This document shows, piece after piece, positions 60,355 through 64,000 of a stretch of 64,000 bases of DNA. The stretch covers positions 82,492 through 146,491 of the forward strand of contig JANPJR010000030.1 of the NCBI GenBank assembly GCA_031425615.1. Reading direction: 5' to 3'. Source of the stretch: Cytophagales bacterium (lineage in GTDB: Bacteria; Bacteroidota; Bacteroidia; Cytophagales; Microscillaceae). The notes below the pieces were generated by a model. That model saw only the letters and a list, made by a program, of their open reading frames with translations. It made no database searches and was not told where the DNA came from. The translations under genes were made by a program, and so were the position numbers. Each line of letters begins with the position of its first letter. Position 1 is the first letter of the stretch.

Positions 60355-61332
60355 ATGATGCCCAAAAATCAATTTTTAACCCAATTCTTATTACTGTTAT
60401 TTACAACTTATTTTATACTGCCTTTTGGCGTATTTGCCCAGAAACCTATTACTGGAAAATTATCATTTGAAAATTTTGTAAAAAAATTTCCTGTTGCAAT
60501 TCTACCTTTCAAAATAGATAGAAAAATAATTGATAAAAGTTTTACAGGATTAAAACTACTTACGCCCAATGAAATAGAAACTTTTTTACTTCAAAAAGCA
60601 TCTGATACAAATACCATTGCTTTCTATCCTATGAGAGAAAAAGATATAATGGAAAAAAGCCAAAAAACAGAAGTACAACTTTTGGCAGAGAAAAAAGTGT
60701 TCTTTTTTGTAGTGAATAAGTTAAATCTACAAGACAACATTACAAGTTTGGTGGTGTATCGTTTTGACAAAAGTGTTCAAAAAAACTATGGCTTAGTGTC
60801 TTATGGTTTTTTTATGTTTAATTTTGACCAAAAAGGCGTACTTATCAATACAATAAGCCTCGCAAAAGAGGAATATTTCATGACAGCACGTTTTTGGGAA
60901 GGTTTTTTGGAAAAAAATGATAAAAATGAAGTTATTTTAAAAATTGCAGAAACTGATTACTATGATTTTGACAAAAAAAAGCATAAAAAGAGCAATTATA
61001 TCGCAAATACCTATTATCTCATTACGCCAAAAATGACGATTGAAAATGTAAATGAACGTTATTATCCATATTTAGGAAAATTTTTGTGGCAAGATGATGA
61101 GATGATTGTTGACCAGAATGAAGAAAGGTTTATGGTAATGCGTGGCAAAAAAGGTAGTGGCGGTTGGGCAAGTCAAGAACTTATCACACACGATTTGCAA
61201 AAAGGCATTTTTACCATCAAAACCGAAGATATGGGCGTTGTGCAGGGAGAATTCAATGCAGAAAAAACAGAAATCAAACTAACAAAAACAGATAATACAA
61301 CATTTATTTATAAAAAAACAGGTAAATGGTAA
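60355..61332 (+). CDS. Hypothetical secreted protein (325 aa)
   Basis: Signal peptide (LLLLFTTYFILPFGVFAQ). No motif recognised. Confidence 0.5.
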   Translation: MMPKNQFLTQFLLLLFTTYFILPFGVFAQKPITGKLSFENFVKKFPVAILPFKIDRKIIDKSFTGLKLLTPNEIETFLLQKASDTNTIAFYPMREKDIMEKSQKTEVQLLAEKKVFFFVVNKLNLQDNITSLVVYRFDKSVQKNYGLVSYGFFMFNFDQKGVLINTISLAKEEYFMTARFWEGFLEKNDKNEVILKIAETDYYDFDKKKHKKSNYIANTYYLITPKMTIENVNERYYPYLGKFLWQDDEMIVDQNEERFMVMRGKKGSGGWASQELITHDLQKGIFTIKTEDMGVVQGEFNAEKTEIKLTKTDNTTFIYKKTGKW

Positions 61333-61656
61333 ATAATACAAGTTGCCAGTTAATTATAGAACTTTCGCTTTTATCTTCTTAATCATCTCCAAATCCCCCA
61401 ATTTAATTGTGGCTATTCAAAAAACTATGTTCTAACCCCTTTATAGGGTTAAACTATGAATAATCCACAATAAAATTGGGGAAGGCAAAAGTCCTATAAT
61501 TAGTTTTTAAGTTGTCAGTTTTTGTCAATTTATATTTTTAATTAGACTTAGAAACTCAAAAGTAAAGTAATGCCTATTCATTGGCTTGAAAACCATCACA
61601 ATTTACACGAGTTTAAAACCAACTAATTACTGACAAACAATCACCAACAACTGAAA

Positions 61657-64000
61657 TTATTTCAACAAAAAACCCATCATCAAAATATCATCAACTTGTG
61701 TATGTGTGCCTTGCCAATCTTGTAAGATTTTTTCATACATTTTGCCTTGTTCTTCCATGCTTAGGTGTTGATATGTATAAAACATTTCACGCATTCTGCT
61801 TATAAGAAATTTCTTTTTTCGTGCTAAATTTCCGCCAAATTGGTCTTCAAATCCATCAGTAAAAAGGTATATTTGGGTAGCATCTTGATAAGAAATAATA
61901 TGCCTTGTAAAGTTTTTTTCTTCGTGTGGTACATGATAACCGCCTATACTATATTTATCGCCTTTAATATACGTAAGTTCGCCATTTTGGACATAAATTA
62001 GAGCGTTTTTTGCGCCTGCAAATTCAATCGTTTTATTATTTTCATCAATGGCACAAATCGCCATATCCATTCCATCTGTGCCTTCTGTTTCGTCTTGGCG
62101 TAGATTTTGGCGAATAACCAAATCCAATTCTTTCAATATCAAAGCGGGTTGTGTGATGCCTTCCAAATTGATTATTTGGTTGAGATGTGCTTTGCCTGCC
62201 ATGCTCATAAAAGCACCTGGTACGCCATGCCCTGTACAATCTACAATCGCAATTATTTTTTTTCCTTTGGTAAAACCTTTAAAAACTGACACATTGCCAT
62301 TTTTTATATTTGCATCTTTGGCAAAATATGGTTGCATGTCTATTTCATTGTACCAATAAAAATCACCTGATACAATATCACGAGGTTTGTATAAGAGGAA
62401 AAAATCAGGGAAAGCTAATTTTAATTTTTGGTGTGTGGGCAATACTGCTTTTTGGATACGACTTGCATAATTAATGCTATCAGTCATATCACGATTTATT
62501 TCTTCAATGGCTACATTTTTTTGTTCCAAATCTTCTTTTTGAAATTGGAGCATTTGGGCATTTGCTTCTAATATTTTATTACTTTTGTTGATTTCCTCTG
62601 TACGAACTTCCACTAATTTTTGCAATTTATTGCGTTGTTGGCGTAATCGGGCATTGTATATGCGTAGCAACGCATAAAACATCAACGAAGCAAGCACCAA
62701 ATAAAACACAAGGGCTAAGGGTGTGCGATAAATCGGTGGTTGAATATTAAACGCATAATCCAATACAATACTTTCATCACCATACGCATTGCGTGCTTTG
62801 ATATGGAGGATATAATCACCTTCAAAAAGGTTTCTAAAACTGATTTTGGTGTCCTTAGACCAATTTGACCAAATCACACTTTTTGGGGCTAAAATTCCTT
62901 GTGACTGCAAGCTATGCGCATATTCCAGTTTGTCTGTATCTTCAAAAAAAGGCGTAATAAAATCAAATTCTAAAATACTATTTGGGGCAAATGAATAGGA
63001 TTTTGCAATGCCATATCCACCATATATTAGGCTATCATTGTTATAGATAACATTTCTAAGAAAAACCTGCATTTTTTTTCTGTCCAAAAATTTTTCTTCT
63101 TGCAGTGCAAAAAGTCCTTCGCTTCCACCTACAAAATCGGGGTGTAAGACAGGCTCGCTGATTTCTGGCAATATTTTATACACACGATTCCTTTTTACCC
63201 AATCTTCTTCTTGTTTGTGCCATACTTCTATTGCGTGTTGTCTTGTATGTGCATCAGCCATATAGAGGTCTTTTCCTTTTTGGGTAAAGGCAAAAACGCC
63301 TTTGAGTTCGCTTTTATTTTCTTTTAAAAAAGTGCTTTTGACAAAAATATCTTTTTCTTCGTGCCATTCATACAAACCTTTTGGCGTGCCTATGAGCAAT
63401 TTTCCTGAAAAATAAAACAATCTACTATCACGCAAAGCGGGCAACCCTTGTTTTAATCCGTATCTTTTTAATTTTGTGCTGTCATTTTCTTCATTATTAG
63501 GCAATTTTATAACGCCTTTTACAAAAGTTCCAAGCCATATATTATTTTGAAAATCTGTTTGTATGCTATAAATCTCGTCTTTTATCCATTTAAAATCTTG
63601 TGTAATTTGCCAATTTCCATTTCTATTTTCCCAACATAATAAACCGCCTTTCAAGCCTACCCAAATTTTATTTTTAAGGTATTGCATTTTCAAAACAGCT
63701 TTCCCTTTAGACGCATACAAAAGGGTTGCTTGTCCATTTTTCAATAAATAAATGCCATCATTTGTGCCTGCCCAAATATCATCAGAATTGGGGATTTTGA
63801 GCAATGTCCAAGCCTCTGTATCAATGTTACCAAACCTTGTAAAAGCATTTTGGGGTGTATTTTTAGATAAATAATTATGATAAAAAATGCCCAAAGAAGT
63901 TGTTACCCAAATTTCCTCTTGCTTATTTTTGAGGGGTAAAATACTGCGTACAATACCTACAAGTCCATTATTTTCGTTGTTAATGCGCCAAGGGCTGTAT
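61657..64000 (-). CDS. PP2C/SpoIIE-family protein phosphatase with an N-terminal beta-propeller sensor, a TM segment and a coiled coil. Its 5' end runs past the window.
   Basis: The C-terminal VDCTGHGVPGAFMSMAG plus …FTDGF… are SpoIIE/PP2C signatures. Upstream lie a TM (LALVFYLVLASLMFYALL) and a coiled coil. The reading frame stays open from 63894 to the window end, giving …PWRINNENNGLVGIVRSILPLK…. Confidence 0.7.
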   Translation of the reverse strand, partial: YSPWRINNENNGLVGIVRSILPLKNKQEEIWVTTSLGIFYHNYLSKNTPQNAFTRFGNIDTEAWTLLKIPNSDDIWAGTNDGIYLLKNGQATLLYASKGKAVLKMQYLKNKIWVGLKGGLLCWENRNGNWQITQDFKWIKDEIYSIQTDFQNNIWLGTFVKGVIKLPNNEENDSTKLKRYGLKQGLPALRDSRLFYFSGKLLIGTPKGLYEWHEEKDIFVKSTFLKENKSELKGVFAFTQKGKDLYMADAHTRQHAIEVWHKQEEDWVKRNRVYKILPEISEPVLHPDFVGGSEGLFALQEEKFLDRKKMQVFLRNVIYNNDSLIYGGYGIAKSYSFAPNSILEFDFITPFFEDTDKLEYAHSLQSQGILAPKSVIWSNWSKDTKISFRNLFEGDYILHIKARNAYGDESIVLDYAFNIQPPIYRTPLALVFYLVLASLMFYALLRIYNARLRQQRNKLQKLVEVRTEEINKSNKILEANAQMLQFQKEDLEQKNVAIEEINRDMTDSINYASRIQKAVLPTHQKLKLAFPDFFLLYKPRDIVSGDFYWYNEIDMQPYFAKDANIKNGNVSVFKGFTKGKKIIAIVDCTGHGVPGAFMSMAGKAHLNQIINLEGITQPALILKELDLVIRQNLRQDETEGTDGMDMAICAIDENNKTIEFAGAKNALIYVQNGELTYIKGDKYSIGGYHVPHEEKNFTRHIISYQDATQIYLFTDGFEDQFGGNLARKKKFLISRMREMFYTYQHLSMEEQGKMYEKILQDWQGTHTQVDDILMMGFLLK

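Overview
The window is a low-GC (~33%) chromosomal segment that looks like a Bacteroidetes genome. Evidence for that: several T9SS-type C-terminal sorting domains, Bacteroidetes-style TTG...TAnnTTTG promoter motifs, and no Shine-Dalgarno sequences. Well-supported core genes include katG (with a Fur/PerR-like regulator upstream), waaA/kdtA, a Do-family HtrA protease, frr, hemW, obg, rpsT, alaS, pnuC, a prolyl oligopeptidase and a GH31 glycosidase. Accessory content sits between them. First, a Type III restriction-modification operon (mod then res) with a divergent XRE regulator. Second, a secreted WD40-caspase protein. Third, large T9SS-secreted proteases. Fourth, the candidate of most interest: a tightly coupled two-gene cassette (a degenerate DUF262/ParB-like protein and a HEPN Rx4H protein) bounded by ~38-bp direct-repeat hairpins and lying next to a 110-bp duplicated fragment of a distant NuoL-like gene. 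The intergenic space is full of small repeat families, none of which is a CRISPR array. These include a ~210-275 bp MITE with TACTACTATACA-type terminal inverted repeats (3 copies), an AATTAGGAAT tandem motif placed exactly 5' of five minus-strand start codons, and TTGAACCTT/GGTCAAAGG low-complexity repeats. No tRNA or rRNA was recognised. Every functional call rests on motif-level reading of the ORF translations and should be confirmed by HMM or BLAST searches.
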